NCBI GenBank assembly: GCA_963750165.1
Contig: CAVVPN010000001.1
Location: 192,001-256,000 of the forward strand
Origin: an uncultured Gemmataceae bacterium
Lineage (GTDB): Bacteria > Planctomycetota > Planctomycetia > Gemmatales > Gemmataceae
Direction of reading: 5' to 3'
Length of the DNA: 64,000 bases
This document shows positions 1 through 11,213 of the stretch, one piece after another. How positions within the stretch are numbered: the first letter of the stretch is position 1; each line of letters starts with the position of its first letter. The translations under genes were made by a program, and so were the position numbers. The notes under the pieces were generated by a model. That model was not told where the DNA came from. It saw only the letters and a program-made list of their open reading frames with translations, and did no database searches.

Positions 1-59
1 CTCATGGTTTTCCCCAGGTCACCGGCCTCATTACGGGAGTGGGACGGCGGGCCGTCGGT

Positions 60-1040
<981 letters not shown>

Positions 1041-1109
1041 GTGCTTTCTCCTCGTGAACTTGTTTGCAATCGTCTCTGTGTCGCCGCGACCGGGTCGTCG
1101 TGGCAGCGG

Positions 1110-1985
1110 TCACACGGTGGGCTGGTACATCTGGGCAACGGAGACCGTAGGGACGCCGAGTTCGGTGGCGATCGCATCGACCGCGCGCTGGGCTACCTCG
1201 AGGTCTACCCAACCGTCGGAGGTGAAGTAGGGGCCGATGTAGCGCTCGTAGTATCGTTGAGCTTCATCACGGGTCAGCCGGCCGAGGAATGAGGCGATGT
1301 AGTCGATGGCCAACTGGGGACGTTGGGCGATCGTGAGAAGGGCTCGCCGGTTGGCCCGCACCAGCGCCTGTAGCGCCGGGTTGTCGAGCGGGATATGAGC
1401 GGGGTCCACGGCGATTCCCACGGTGGGGATCTGGAAGTGGTCGCCGACCCAGGACAGGACCGAAAAGCCCTCCTCGCGGGCAACCTGTTCGGGCGCTAAT
1501 GTGCTGCCCACGTAGGCCGCATCGATCGAACCTTCGCGAAGGCGCCGCAGATCCATCTGGTAGTCACCCGGGGCTCGTGCGACGCACTGCAGGTCGCGGT
1601 CGGGGTCCAGACCATGCTTGCGCAGTACGATCCGCGCGAAACAACCGGGTGCGGTGCGGGGTGCGTGGACCGCCAGTCGGCGCCCGCGAAGATCCCCCAT
1701 GGATTTCACGTCGCCACGCCCGAGGAACCAGAACAGCGGACGATGCGTGTTGACGGCCAGCACAGTCCATTGGATGCCCTCGGTCAGCCGTGTCAACAAG
1801 GCCCGCCCCAAACCGATGGTTGCGCCACCGCGCAGGCGCTCGTTCGACCACCTGATTCCGTCGCGGACGGCGACGTGGACACCTTCATCCTCGAAATATC
1901 CCTCCTGATCGGCCACGTAGGCGATCAGTTCTTCGTGGATACCGCGTCCAACGTAGGTCAGGTCGATCGTGTGCATCGTCGGCAT
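1110..1985 (-). CDS. ABC transporter substrate-binding protein (NMT1/THI5/SsuA-like)
   Basis: GYFEDEGV, DLRGRRLAV, GLDPDRD and GSIDAA motifs; no obvious signal peptide and no permease gene nearby. Confidence 0.75.
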   Translation of the reverse strand: MPTMHTIDLTYVGRGIHEELIAYVADQEGYFEDEGVHVAVRDGIRWSNERLRGGATIGLGRALLTRLTEGIQWTVLAVNTHRPLFWFLGRGDVKSMGDLRGRRLAVHAPRTAPGCFARIVLRKHGLDPDRDLQCVARAPGDYQMDLRRLREGSIDAAYVGSTLAPEQVAREEGFSVLSWVGDHFQIPTVGIAVDPAHIPLDNPALQALVRANRRALLTIAQRPQLAIDYIASFLGRLTRDEAQRYYERYIGPYFTSDGWVDLEVAQRAVDAIATELGVPTVSVAQMYQPTV

Positions 1986-2027
1986 AGCCTTTCTCCCAAT
2001 CTCGGACAGGGCGCTCGCGCCCTGCCT

Positions 2028-2771
2028 TCAGTCCATTGCAAGGCCGCCGTTGACCGGAAGGTAGTGGCCGGTGGTGAAACCGGAATCCTCACTTGCCACG
2101 AACGCTATCACCTTGGCGATATCGTCAGGACGGACCAGTCGCCCCATCGGCGTGGCCGCGGCGAGTTGGCGCAGCTTCTCAGATGTCAATTGCTCGGTCA
2201 CCCTGGTCCCCTCCACCGTGGCCGGTGCGACGAGGTTGGCCGTGATCCCGTGCGGCGCCAGTTCCAAGGCGACGTAGCAGACGAACTGATTCAGGGCTGC
2301 CTTGGCGGTGCCCATCGTGATCATTCCCTCACGAGGATGACGCGACGGGTTGGCACTGAGATAGATCAGCCGACCATATTTGCGCGAAACCATTCCTGGC
2401 ACAACAGCCTTCGTCATCAGGAACGCGGAGTGCAGTTCGTTGTTTAGCTTGCCGCCAAGCTGCTCCCAGGTCAGCTTCTCGAACGAGGTGATGGCAAACG
2501 GGATCAGCGCGTTATGCACGAGTACGTCCGTCCCACCCCATCGCCGTTTGACTTGATCGGCCATGGCGGCGACGTTGTCAGGCACGGTGACGTCGGCTTT
2601 GATCGCCACGGCTTCGCCGCCAACCGCGGCGATGGTCGCCACCACCTCCTCGGCCTGTGATGCACTGTCGCGGTGGTTGACGACCACCCGGTAGCCGTTT
2701 TTGGCCAGTAACAATGCGCTTGCCGCACCGATTCCCCGGCTAGCTCCCGTGATCAGGGCAACTCGTACCAT
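2028..2771 (-). CDS. SDR family oxidoreductase (FabG-like)
   Basis: TGASRGIG, HNA, TPMGR and TGHYLPVNGG motifs; start placed at MVRVA after an AAGGA RBS; catalytic YxxxK reads MGTAK. Confidence 0.9.
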   Translation of the reverse strand: MVRVALITGASRGIGAASALLLAKNGYRVVVNHRDSASQAEEVVATIAAVGGEAVAIKADVTVPDNVAAMADQVKRRWGGTDVLVHNALIPFAITSFEKLTWEQLGGKLNNELHSAFLMTKAVVPGMVSRKYGRLIYLSANPSRHPREGMITMGTAKAALNQFVCYVALELAPHGITANLVAPATVEGTRVTEQLTSEKLRQLAAATPMGRLVRPDDIAKVIAFVASEDSGFTTGHYLPVNGGLAMD

Positions 2772-2832
2772 TGTCCTTACCTCCTCTTTGGCGGAGATTG
2801 AAAGAACCGACGCTCCCGGCTTGCCTGTTCGT

Positions 2833-4475
2833 TCAAACCCATCCATCCTTCGGCGCCTCGGCACCGAACCAGTGTTCCGAGATCACTTTCTTTCGCGTGT
2901 AGAAAGCAACGGCGTCGGCACCCTGTGCAAAGAGATCGCCGTACATCGAATTCTTCCAGCCGCCGAACGGAAAGAACGCCATCGGCGCCGGCACGCCGAG
3001 ATTGATGCCGAGCATGCCGGCCTGGATGCGCTCGCGGAAGGTGCGAGCCGCAGCGCCGGATTGCGTGAAGAGAGAGGCCGTGTTGCCGTAGCGGCTGCGG
3101 TTTGTCAACGTGATCGCCGCGTCCAGGTCCGGGGCGCGCATCACACTCACCACCGGGCCGAAAATCTCCTCCCGGCCGACGAACGTCTCCGGTGTCACAT
3201 CGTCGAAGACCGTCGGCCCGATGAAGCAGCCGCGCGGCCTGTGGGGAACGGTTTGGGCACGGCCGTCGAGGCGAAGCCGGGCTCCTTCGGCCACCCCGCG
3301 CTCGATCGCAGCCCGGATCCGCTTTTCCTCCTTTGGGTTCACCACGGGACCGAGCGTCGCGGTGTCGCCCAGGCCGTCTCCCAGTTTGAGTTCACGCGCC
3401 GAGCGGATGAAGGCATCGACGACGGAGTCCTGTCGCACTCGATCGCCGACCACCACCAGCACGCTCCCGGCAAGACAGCGCTGTCCCGCAGAGCCGAAGC
3501 ACGACCCAATCAGGGCGGGCAGGGTGCGTTCCAGGTCGGCATCGGGCAGGACGATCAGATGGTTTTTCGCTCCGCCGTGGGGCTTTGCTACGCAACTCGT
3601 TTTTCGCGGTACGCCTCGGTAACGTTCCGTGACGAACGGGACCAACCGCGGGACGAAATTACATTACGTATCAAAGCCCCGCCGTGTGCCTGAACGCGCT
3701 TGCCGTGAGCCGCCGCGGTGCGGTAGACCGACTCCGCCACTGCCGACGTGCCGACGAAGGAAACTGCCTGTACGTGCGGGTTAGTGATGAGCCGTTCGCT
3801 TACTTCCTTGCTCCCCTGCACCACGCCGACGACACCCGGCGGCAAGCCGGCATCAGCGAACAGCTCGATGAGTCGGGTGCCGGTGAGCGGTGCCTTTTCG
3901 GCAGGCTTGAGGAGGAACGTGTTCCCGCAGGCGACGGCGATCGACATCATCCATAGCGGAATCAAGGCCGGGAAATTAAACGGCGGAATGCCGACCACCA
4001 CACCCACAGGTTCGCGGATGGCCTGGCAGTCGACGTCCCGCGAAATGTCGGTCAGCGTCTGTCCCATCAGTTGGGAGGGAATCCCGCAGGCAAATTCGAC
4101 GACGTCAAGCCCGCGCCGCAGCGAACCGCGCGCCTCGCTCAACAGCTTGCCGTTCTCGCGGACGATGCTGTGTGCCACGTCCGAGAAGTACTTTTCCAGC
4201 AGGTCCCGGAACTTGAACAGGACGTGAGCCCGATCCGGCGCCGGAGCGGCGCGCCAGCCAGGGAAGGCGCGGGCGGCCGCAGCGCATGCCTCGTCCACCT
4301 GCTCCGGCGCGGCCTCGCGCACCGGCGCCAGCACCTCGGCCGTGTCCGCCGGATCGCAGACGTCGCGGCTCGTGTTCCCCCGGCCCTCAACCCAGGTTCC
4401 GCCGATCAGGTTCAGCTCGGAAGTCGAACGCGAGGATGTTGCAGGCGACCGATCAGGGGCAGTAATGGTGCTCAT
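2833..4475 (-). pseudogene. mmsA: CoA-acylating methylmalonate-semialdehyde dehydrogenase, interrupted by a MITE
   Basis: PFNFP, GQRCLAG, EEIFGPV and FFPFGGWK motifs; removing the 107-bp insert restores RVQAHGGAKNH. Confidence 0.9.
3579..3680. mobile_element. ~100-bp MITE with terminal inverted repeats and target duplication
   Basis: TIR GGGGCTTTG(C/A)TACG(C/T)AA (15/17 match); flanked by direct repeat GCCGT at 3574-3578 and 3681-3685. Confidence 0.9.
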
Positions 4476-4559
4476 GAAGTCCTCCGATCCATTGTTGAGG
4501 GCCATTTTGGACGGGTCAACGATCCGCACCACCGGGCTTAGGCTTGTCCGCGCCAAGCG

Positions 4560-5705
4560 TTAACCGTACGTGAGATCGGTGCTCTGTCCGACCTCGATGA
4601 TATAACCGTCAGGATCGCGGATGTAGCAGCGAATCTCGCCGTACTTGGCAATCGGTTCCGTGATGAATTCGGCGCCTCGACTCGTCCACAATCTGTAGCA
4701 CGATTGAATATCTGCAACGCGGAAATTCATAAAGCTGTTGATGTGATTGGGGTCGGGGACGCTGAGCGTTACCGTTGGCTTGTCGTGGGTGGGTCCGCCG
4801 CCGACGTTGAGGATGAGCCACGTATTGGCGATCTGAACGTAACCAGGTGCGTTGCCGTCGCCTAAGCTCAGAATGCGGGCGCCGAAAATCTTTTCGTAGT
4901 AGCGAGCCGATCGCTCGATATCGGCGACGGTGAGAAAATACGCGATGCTGATCCCCTCCCGCGGGGGCATCTCATAGCTTTTCTGTTCGACTTGTACGGC
5001 CTTCATTGATGGCCCCTTTCGAGGTTCTCCTTCAACCAGAAGTTTCAGCAGCGTCTCGGCCCCCGCTTTGGACGAGGCCGGATTCTGACCGGTGACAAGC
5101 CTCCCGTCGGTGACGACGAAGGGAACCCAGTTCGCTACCTTTTCGTAAATCCCACCGAGGCGCAGCAGCTCATCTTCCACGAGAAACGGCACGACCTTCG
5201 TGAGGTGGACCGCTTCTTCCTCGCCGTTGGTGAAGCCCGTCACCCGCTTGCCCTTCACGAGCGGCTGGCCCTGGAACTGGACGCGATGGAGCACGCCGGG
5301 CGCGTGGCAGACCGCGGCGACCGGTTTGCCGGAACTGTAGAATTCCTCGATGAGGGCGATGGAACGCGGGTCCTCGGCCAGGTCCCACATCGGGCCGTGG
5401 CCGCCGGGATAGAAGACCGCGTCGTAATCCGAGGCCTTGACGTCGGAGAGCCGCACGGTGTTCGCCAGCACCGCCTGGGCTGCGGGATCTTGCTTGAAAC
5501 GCCGCGTCAACTCGGTCTGCCCCTCGGGCGTGTCGCTGACCGGGTCGAGGGGCGGTTGCCCCCCTTTGGGTGAAGCGACGGTCACGGTCGCTCCGGCGTC
5601 GAGAAAAGTGAAATAGGGCGCGGCGAACTCCTCGAGCCAGAAGCCGGTCTTGCGGCCCGTATCGCCGAGCTTGTCGTGGGAAGTCAGAACCATGAGGATC
5701 TTCAT
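4560..5705 (-). CDS. DJ-1/PfpI (type 1 GATase-like) domain in frame with a VOC/glyoxalase domain; probably two genes (VOC start at 5006)
   Basis: TGFWLEE, GGHGPMWDL, AVCHAP and TGQNP motifs, then LTVADIERSARYY...IRDPDGYIIE; AAAGGGG RBS precedes the ATG at 5006. Confidence 0.85.
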   Translation of the reverse strand: MKILMVLTSHDKLGDTGRKTGFWLEEFAAPYFTFLDAGATVTVASPKGGQPPLDPVSDTPEGQTELTRRFKQDPAAQAVLANTVRLSDVKASDYDAVFYPGGHGPMWDLAEDPRSIALIEEFYSSGKPVAAVCHAPGVLHRVQFQGQPLVKGKRVTGFTNGEEEAVHLTKVVPFLVEDELLRLGGIYEKVANWVPFVVTDGRLVTGQNPASSKAGAETLLKLLVEGEPRKGPSMKAVQVEQKSYEMPPREGISIAYFLTVADIERSARYYEKIFGARILSLGDGNAPGYVQIANTWLILNVGGGPTHDKPTVTLSVPDPNHINSFMNFRVADIQSCYRLWTSRGAEFITEPIAKYGEIRCYIRDPDGYIIEVGQSTDLTYG

Positions 5706-5952
5706 CGTAAGTCTCCTTGTGTTTGTGTCACGAGGTTAAGGCGACTTTCAGTCCGGACGCGGCGCCCGCGGATCCCATAGCGCGAATCTCTTGAACTCGC
5801 TGAATTGAGACCTCGCGTGCAGCTCGAAACTTCAAATCTACAAGCGCCTGGCCCACCAATATGAATGCCGTTTGGAGGACGACCGCACAGAAAATCGGAT
5901 CAATTGCCATATGATCGCACCGCTTTTGTGGCCGCTCTTTCTCGGCCGGTCG

Positions 5953-7321
5953 TCAAACTGCCGTAACCGCTTCCATCAAGGTCCAGAGCCCTTCGGCCAG
6001 TGTCGGGTGGATATAGATCGCCCCCTTCAGAAGCGTGTAAGGGGCGCCCGCGAGCATGACCGCGCCGAGGATCTGCACGACCTCACCCCCCTCCGTGGAC
6101 AGGATGGCCGCGCCGAGGATCCGGTCCGTTTCAGCATCGACCACGAGCTTCATCAGCCCGGCCGTCTCGTCGATCTCGACGGCGCGGGCGACCCACGCCA
6201 TCGGGATCTTGCCGACCTTGAGCCGGCGCCCCCCGCCCGCGCCTCCTTCTCGGTCAGCCCGACACGTCCCAGCTGGGGGTCGGTGAAGACGGCGTAGGGG
6301 ACCGGGCGGTTGTCGGTGGTGAGAGCTTTGCCATCCACCAGGTTGGCATACACGATCTGGTAATCGTTGAAGGAGATGTGTGTGAACGCCGGGCCGCCCT
6401 TCACGTCCCCCAGGGCCCAGACGCCCGGCACGCTCGTCTCCAACCGGTTGTTCACGTGGATGAATCCCCGTTGATCGGTCTGCACGCCGGCCTCTTGCAA
6501 TCCCAGGTCGTCCGTATTGGGTTTGCGGCCGGTGGCGACCAGTAAGTGCGACCCGTGCACCGTCTCCGTGATTCCCGCCGCTACCACACTCACGGCGACC
6601 CCACCCTGCTCCTTCTCGACGCGGGTGGTCGTGGCACTCAGGAGAAAACGGAGGCCCTCGCCCTCCAGGGCTTGTTGCAAGGCTCCGGCGACATCGGCGT
6701 CCTCGTGGGCGAGGATTTGCTGTCCCCGCTCGACGACGGTCACGCGGCTGCCGAACCGGCGGAACATCTGCCCGAATTCCATGCCAATGTAGCCACCGCC
6801 GAGGATGAGCAAGTGCTCCGGCACCTCGGTCAATCGCATGATGCTGGCGTTGTCCAGGAAGTCGATGCCACCCAGGCCTTCCAGGGGCGGAATAACCGGC
6901 CTCGCGCCCGTGTTAATAAAGATGCGCTCGCTCTCGAGCTGTTCTTCGCCGACGCGGACCACATGCGGGCCGATGAAGCGGGCATGCCCGCGGTAGAGGT
7001 GCAGACTCTGCCGCTCCTCGACCTTCCGGTTCAACCCGGCGCGCGACTGTCCCACAACCCGATCCTTGCGGGCGACCACCTTGGGCAGGTCCACACTGAC
7101 CGCGCCGCGCGGACCCCCCATCGGTCGGAGTTGCGCGCGTAATGGGCGACCTGGGCCGAGGCGATCATCGTCTTGGTCGGCGTGCAGCCCGTGTTAATAC
7201 AGGTTCCGCCAAAGTCTCCCTTCTCGACCAGCGCCACGGTCCAGCCGCGGTCGGCCAGTTTCTCCGCCAGCGGGACCCCGGCCTGGCCGGAGCCAATCAC
7301 GATGGCATCATAGTGCGGCAT
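5953..7321 (-). CDS. Pyridine nucleotide-disulfide oxidoreductase (mercuric reductase/RclA-like), two frameshifts (~7110, ~6235)
   Basis: GSGQAG, GGTCINTGCTPTK redox CxxxxC, GGGYIG, ATGRKPN and HPTLAE motifs spread over three frames. Confidence 0.88.
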
Positions 7322-7335
7322 GAGCAACACTCCTT

Positions 7336-8394
7336 TCAAAGGCTCGCAGGAATGGCTTCGTGCGCCGGCAGCATCGCACGGCACCCAGCCCGACCAGGAA
7401 GCACCCTGTCGTTCCCCGAGTGACGCGGTGTGAGATAGGCCACGCTGAAGTACTGGTGTTCGTCCGTCCAGACACGCTCCGCGGCAAAGCCACTTGCCCG
7501 GCCCAGGTCTGCCAGGGCGGGGAGGCTGTATTTGTAGGAGTTCTCGGTGTGGATCGACTCGCCCGCGGCGAACAAGAACGGCACGCCGCCAACACGAACG
7601 ACCTGGTCGCGGCGGCTGACGAGGTGCATTTCGATTCGCCCCTGGGCGGCGTTGTAGAAGGCCCGGTGGGCGAACTGCTCGATGTCGAAGTCGGCGCCCA
7701 GCTCGCGATTGATCCGCACCAGGATGTTGCGGTTGAACGCGGCCGTGACGCCCCGTCGGTCGTTGTAGGCGGCCTCGATCGCGCGCGGATCCTTCCGCAA
7801 ATCGATGCCGAGCAGGAGCCCGCCGCCGCGACCACACAGCCCCATCGTCTGTCGCAGCAAGGCGAGCGCTGCCTCCGGCGTGAAGTTGCCGAGTGTCGAG
7901 CCGGGGAAGTAGACCACCCGTCGGGCGGCACCCTTCCGGCACGCGGGCAGGCCCAACGGGCGCGTGAAGTCGGCGCACAGCGGTAGCACTTCGATGTCCG
8001 GGTATTCTTCGCCCAGCGCCCGGGCCGAGCGGCGCAGGTGCTCGCCCGATACGTCGATGGGCACATAGCCAGCCGGGTCGCGCAACTGGTCGAGGAGGCG
8101 GCGGGTTTTGACGCTGCTGCCACTGCCATACTCGATGAGCAGGCAACGTGGACCCAGCAGCCCGGCCATCTCCGCCGCGTACTGCTCCATGATGGCCAGT
8201 TCGGTGCGCGTCGGGTAATACTCGTCCAGCTCCGTGATCTGCTCGAACAGGGCCGAGCCGACCTCGTCGTAGAAGTACTTGCACGGCAGGTTTTTCTCCG
8301 GGGTAAACAACCCCCGGAGCACGTCGGCACGGAACTGCCCCACGGCATCATTGAAGACATCGACAGGAGGCAATTGCGGGATGGTGTCGATCAT
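7336..8394 (-). CDS. egtD: L-histidine N-alpha-methyltransferase
   Basis: KYFYDEVGSALFEQIT..EYYPTRTE, EYGSGSS, FPGSTLGNF and IHTENSYKY motifs; ATGA overlap with egtB. Confidence 0.95.
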   Translation of the reverse strand: MIDTIPQLPPVDVFNDAVGQFRADVLRGLFTPEKNLPCKYFYDEVGSALFEQITELDEYYPTRTELAIMEQYAAEMAGLLGPRCLLIEYGSGSSVKTRRLLDQLRDPAGYVPIDVSGEHLRRSARALGEEYPDIEVLPLCADFTRPLGLPACRKGAARRVVYFPGSTLGNFTPEAALALLRQTMGLCGRGGGLLLGIDLRKDPRAIEAAYNDRRGVTAAFNRNILVRINRELGADFDIEQFAHRAFYNAAQGRIEMHLVSRRDQVVRVGGVPFLFAAGESIHTENSYKYSLPALADLGRASGFAAERVWTDEHQYFSVAYLTPRHSGNDRVLPGRAGCRAMLPAHEAIPASL

Positions 8395-9749
8395 GCGAGC
8401 TCCTTGGCCAGGCGGATGCCGCTGAACTGCCAGCGCGCGTCCGGAGGGAAGAAATTGCGGTAGGTCTGGCGGGCGTGGCTCCGGGGCGTGGCGCAGGACG
8501 CGCCCCGCAGGACGAACTGGTTGCACATGAATTTGCCGTTGTACTCGCCCAGTGCGCCCGTAAGCGGGCGGTAGCCGGGGTAGCCGGCGTAGGGACTCGC
8601 GGTCCATTGCCACACGTCGCCGTAAAGCTGGTAAAGCGGTCCGGGGTCGTCCGCCGCACTCGATGCCGCGGGGTGAAAGTGGCCCCCCTCCACGAAGTGC
8701 CCTCCGAGTGGCACGCCGGAGGCGGCCGTTTCCCACTCCGCCTCGGTGGGCAGCCGGGCGCCGGCCCAGCGCGCAAAGGCGTCCGCCTCGTAGTAACTGA
8801 CGTGACAGACCGGCTCGTCCGGACGGATACGCCGTGGCCCTGCCAGCGTGGTCATGGACCACTCCCCGCCCTGCTCCGCCCAGTAGAGCGGAGCCTCCAA
8901 CCCCTGGGCCTGCCGGGCGGCCCAGCCGTCGGACAGCCACAACTCGGGCCGGTCGTATCCGCCGTCGTTGATGAAGGCCAGGTACTCGGCGTTGGTCACC
9001 AACCGGCTTGCCAGTTGAAAGCCGTTCAGCCAGGTCCGGTGGCGCGGCGACTCGTTGTCGAACGCAAAGCCGCTGCCGTCGTGCCCGATCCAGGCCAGCC
9101 CCGCGGGAAAGGCCAGCCAGTTCTGGCGGGGAGGCGCGCCAATCTCCAAGAGTGCCTCCCGGTAGACAGGATGGAGCGGGTTGGCGGCCCAGGCGTGTTT
9201 GAGGTCGGTGAGGACCAACTCCTGGTGCTGCTGTTCGTGATGGAGGCCCAGCAAGACCGTCGTTGCGATTTTCCCCAGGGTCTCAGTACCCGCCGCCCGG
9301 AGGAGCTGAGCCATGTGCTTGTCCACGTAAGCACGGTACCCGAACACTTCCACCACCGTGGGGCGGGACAGTAGCCCCCGCTGCGAGCGCGGCCAGCGCG
9401 GCCCCACGCTCTGGTAATATGAGTTGAAAAGGGATCGAAACCGGGGATGGAAAAGCCGATAACCCGGCAGGTGCGGCACAAGCAAGAACGTTTCAAAAAA
9501 CCACGTCGTATGGGCCAGGTGCCACTTCACCGGGCTTGCATCCGGCATGGACTGGATGACATAGTCGTCCGACGCCAACGGCTCGCACAGTGCTTCCGTA
9601 CAGTGGCGGACGGTTCGATAGGATTCCGCCAGGGCGGCGCTGTCCGCCGTGGCTGAGACGGCCTGCGACACCACAGGCTTTGGTGGAGAGACCGCCAGCC
9701 TGGTGTCGGGGCCTGCTTCCGCCTCATGGATCGAGGACAAGCTATTCAT
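8391..9749 (-). CDS. egtB: Ergothioneine biosynthesis sulfoxide synthase
   Basis: SPVKWHLAHTTWFFE, FNSYY, HEQQHQEL iron motif, FGE-like domain, EYNGKFM and RNFF. Confidence 0.95.
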   Translation of the reverse strand: MNSLSSIHEAEAGPDTRLAVSPPKPVVSQAVSATADSAALAESYRTVRHCTEALCEPLASDDYVIQSMPDASPVKWHLAHTTWFFETFLLVPHLPGYRLFHPRFRSLFNSYYQSVGPRWPRSQRGLLSRPTVVEVFGYRAYVDKHMAQLLRAAGTETLGKIATTVLLGLHHEQQHQELVLTDLKHAWAANPLHPVYREALLEIGAPPRQNWLAFPAGLAWIGHDGSGFAFDNESPRHRTWLNGFQLASRLVTNAEYLAFINDGGYDRPELWLSDGWAARQAQGLEAPLYWAEQGGEWSMTTLAGPRRIRPDEPVCHVSYYEADAFARWAGARLPTEAEWETAASGVPLGGHFVEGGHFHPAASSAADDPGPLYQLYGDVWQWTASPYAGYPGYRPLTGALGEYNGKFMCNQFVLRGASCATPRSHARQTYRNFFPPDARWQFSGIRLAKELA

Positions 9750-10207
9750 TGGCAATCCCCTCCTGTTTCTGCTTTCACCATTCGACTCAGAACCACATTC
9801 AAGGCCTCGGCCTCGCCGTCGCTCAGGTAGCTTCCGAAGTGCTCCGCGATGGCTCGGACGAACACTGCTCTCGCCCGCCTCAACTCGTCCCGCCCCCGAT
9901 CCGTCAGGACGGCGCACGATCCTCGCCGGTCCCGAGCCTCCCCCTCCCGACGCAACACCCCCGCCCTCTCCAGCCGGTTCGCCAACCGGGTCACCCCACT
10001 CCGGGTGAGGTGCACGGCTTTGGCCAGCTCGCTCAGCCGGAGGCGGTTGCCGGGGGCCTCGTGGAGCAAGCGCAACACGTTGTAAGAGTCGAGAGGCAGA
10101 GAAGTCGCCGCCGCCAGTTCGCGGCCGACCCGCTGCACCAGGAGCGCATGAGCGGCCATGAACGTCCACCACCCCGCCAGCCTGGCGTCCTCGGCTTCTG
10201 TGGTCAC
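9746..10207 (-). CDS. MarR family transcriptional regulator
   Basis: LSELAKAVHLTRSGVTRLANRLE wHTH and DRRG..AVLT motif; stop overlaps the egtB start. Confidence 0.9.
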   Translation of the reverse strand: MTTEAEDARLAGWWTFMAAHALLVQRVGRELAAATSLPLDSYNVLRLLHEAPGNRLRLSELAKAVHLTRSGVTRLANRLERAGVLRREGEARDRRGSCAVLTDRGRDELRRARAVFVRAIAEHFGSYLSDGEAEALNVVLSRMVKAETGGDCQ

Positions 10208-10560
10208 GGTTCGCCCCTCAAGAGGCTTCGCGAAATGGTTGACTGGGCAACTACCGCGCCTACACTACCTATGCTCGCCCGCGGCCCGGAATTCCCCACC
10301 GGGCGAACTGGGACGTTAAATCCACAGGCGATGGGGCCATCCATCGGGGCGAGAAGCGCCGGTCCCCAGCCTACCTCTCCTTCGTCCATCCAGTTGACGG
10401 CCGTTGCCACCACCGAGCCACGGGCAAGGAAAGCCGCCCACTACCTTCAATGCCGTTTGGCCGGCGGACGCACAGAAAACTCAAGAAAATGGCCGAAGTT
10501 CTGGCGCGGCGGGCCTGAGCGGCAGGGCAGCCGGTCGCGATGAAGGCAGGGGATCGATAG

Positions 10561-11140
10561 ATGCCACCAGACCCCTCATTTGACGAACTCATCCGCCGGG
10601 TGGGCAGCGGCGATGAACAGGCGGCAGCCCGGCTCGTGCGGGACTTCGAGCCGGTCGTTCGCCGGGTACTGCGCGCCCGTCTCCGGGCCCCCCGCGCGGC
10701 ACGAATTCGATTCCCTGGATATTTGTCAGTCGGTGTTCGCCATCTTCTTCGTGCGCGTAGCCGCTGGCCAGTACGACCTGAAAGAGCCCGACGACCTGAT
10801 CAAGTTGCTGCTGACCATGACCCGCAACAAGGTGGCCGAAAAAATGCGGCGGCAGCACCGCCTGCGCCGCGACAGTCGCCGCACCGTAGGCGGGGTCGAA
10901 GAGCTGGCCCTGGCGAGCCAGGATCCGACTCCGAGCAGTGTGGTTGCGGGCAAGGAGTTGCTCGAACAGGTGCGGCAGCGCCTGAGCGAAGAAGAGCGCC
11001 ATCTGGTTGAGCTGCGCGGCCAGGGCCTCAGCTGGGAAGAAGTCGCTGCTTCCCAGGGCGGCACGGCCGGGGCGCGGCGCAACCAGTTGGCCCGTGCCCT
11101 CGACCGGGTCACCGTGGAGTTGCGAATCGACGAGATCTGA
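10561..11140 (+). CDS. ECF RNA polymerase sigma factor (planctomycete type), frameshift at ~10690
   Basis: GDEQAAARLV..., DSLDICQSVF, region 4 LSEEERHLVELRGQGLSWEEVA; split over two frames. Confidence 0.85.
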
Positions 11141-11213
11141 TTGGAGAGTTCCGAAATCCCAAGAGGGTACATGCCGTCCGTTGCGGGTTTCGGCTTTTCA
11201 AAGGGGGAAAGCG

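Noticed and set aside
5728..5910. 60-aa ORF within the operon
   Set aside because: No recognisable motif; too short to support
5953..7321. merA mercury resistance
   Set aside because: No C-terminal CC pair, no NmerA domain and no mer genes nearby
8395..10172. Extended ORF-track versions of EgtD (534 aa) and EgtB (593 aa)
   Set aside because: The extensions overlap the upstream genes; ATGA-coupled starts at 8394 and 9749 fit better
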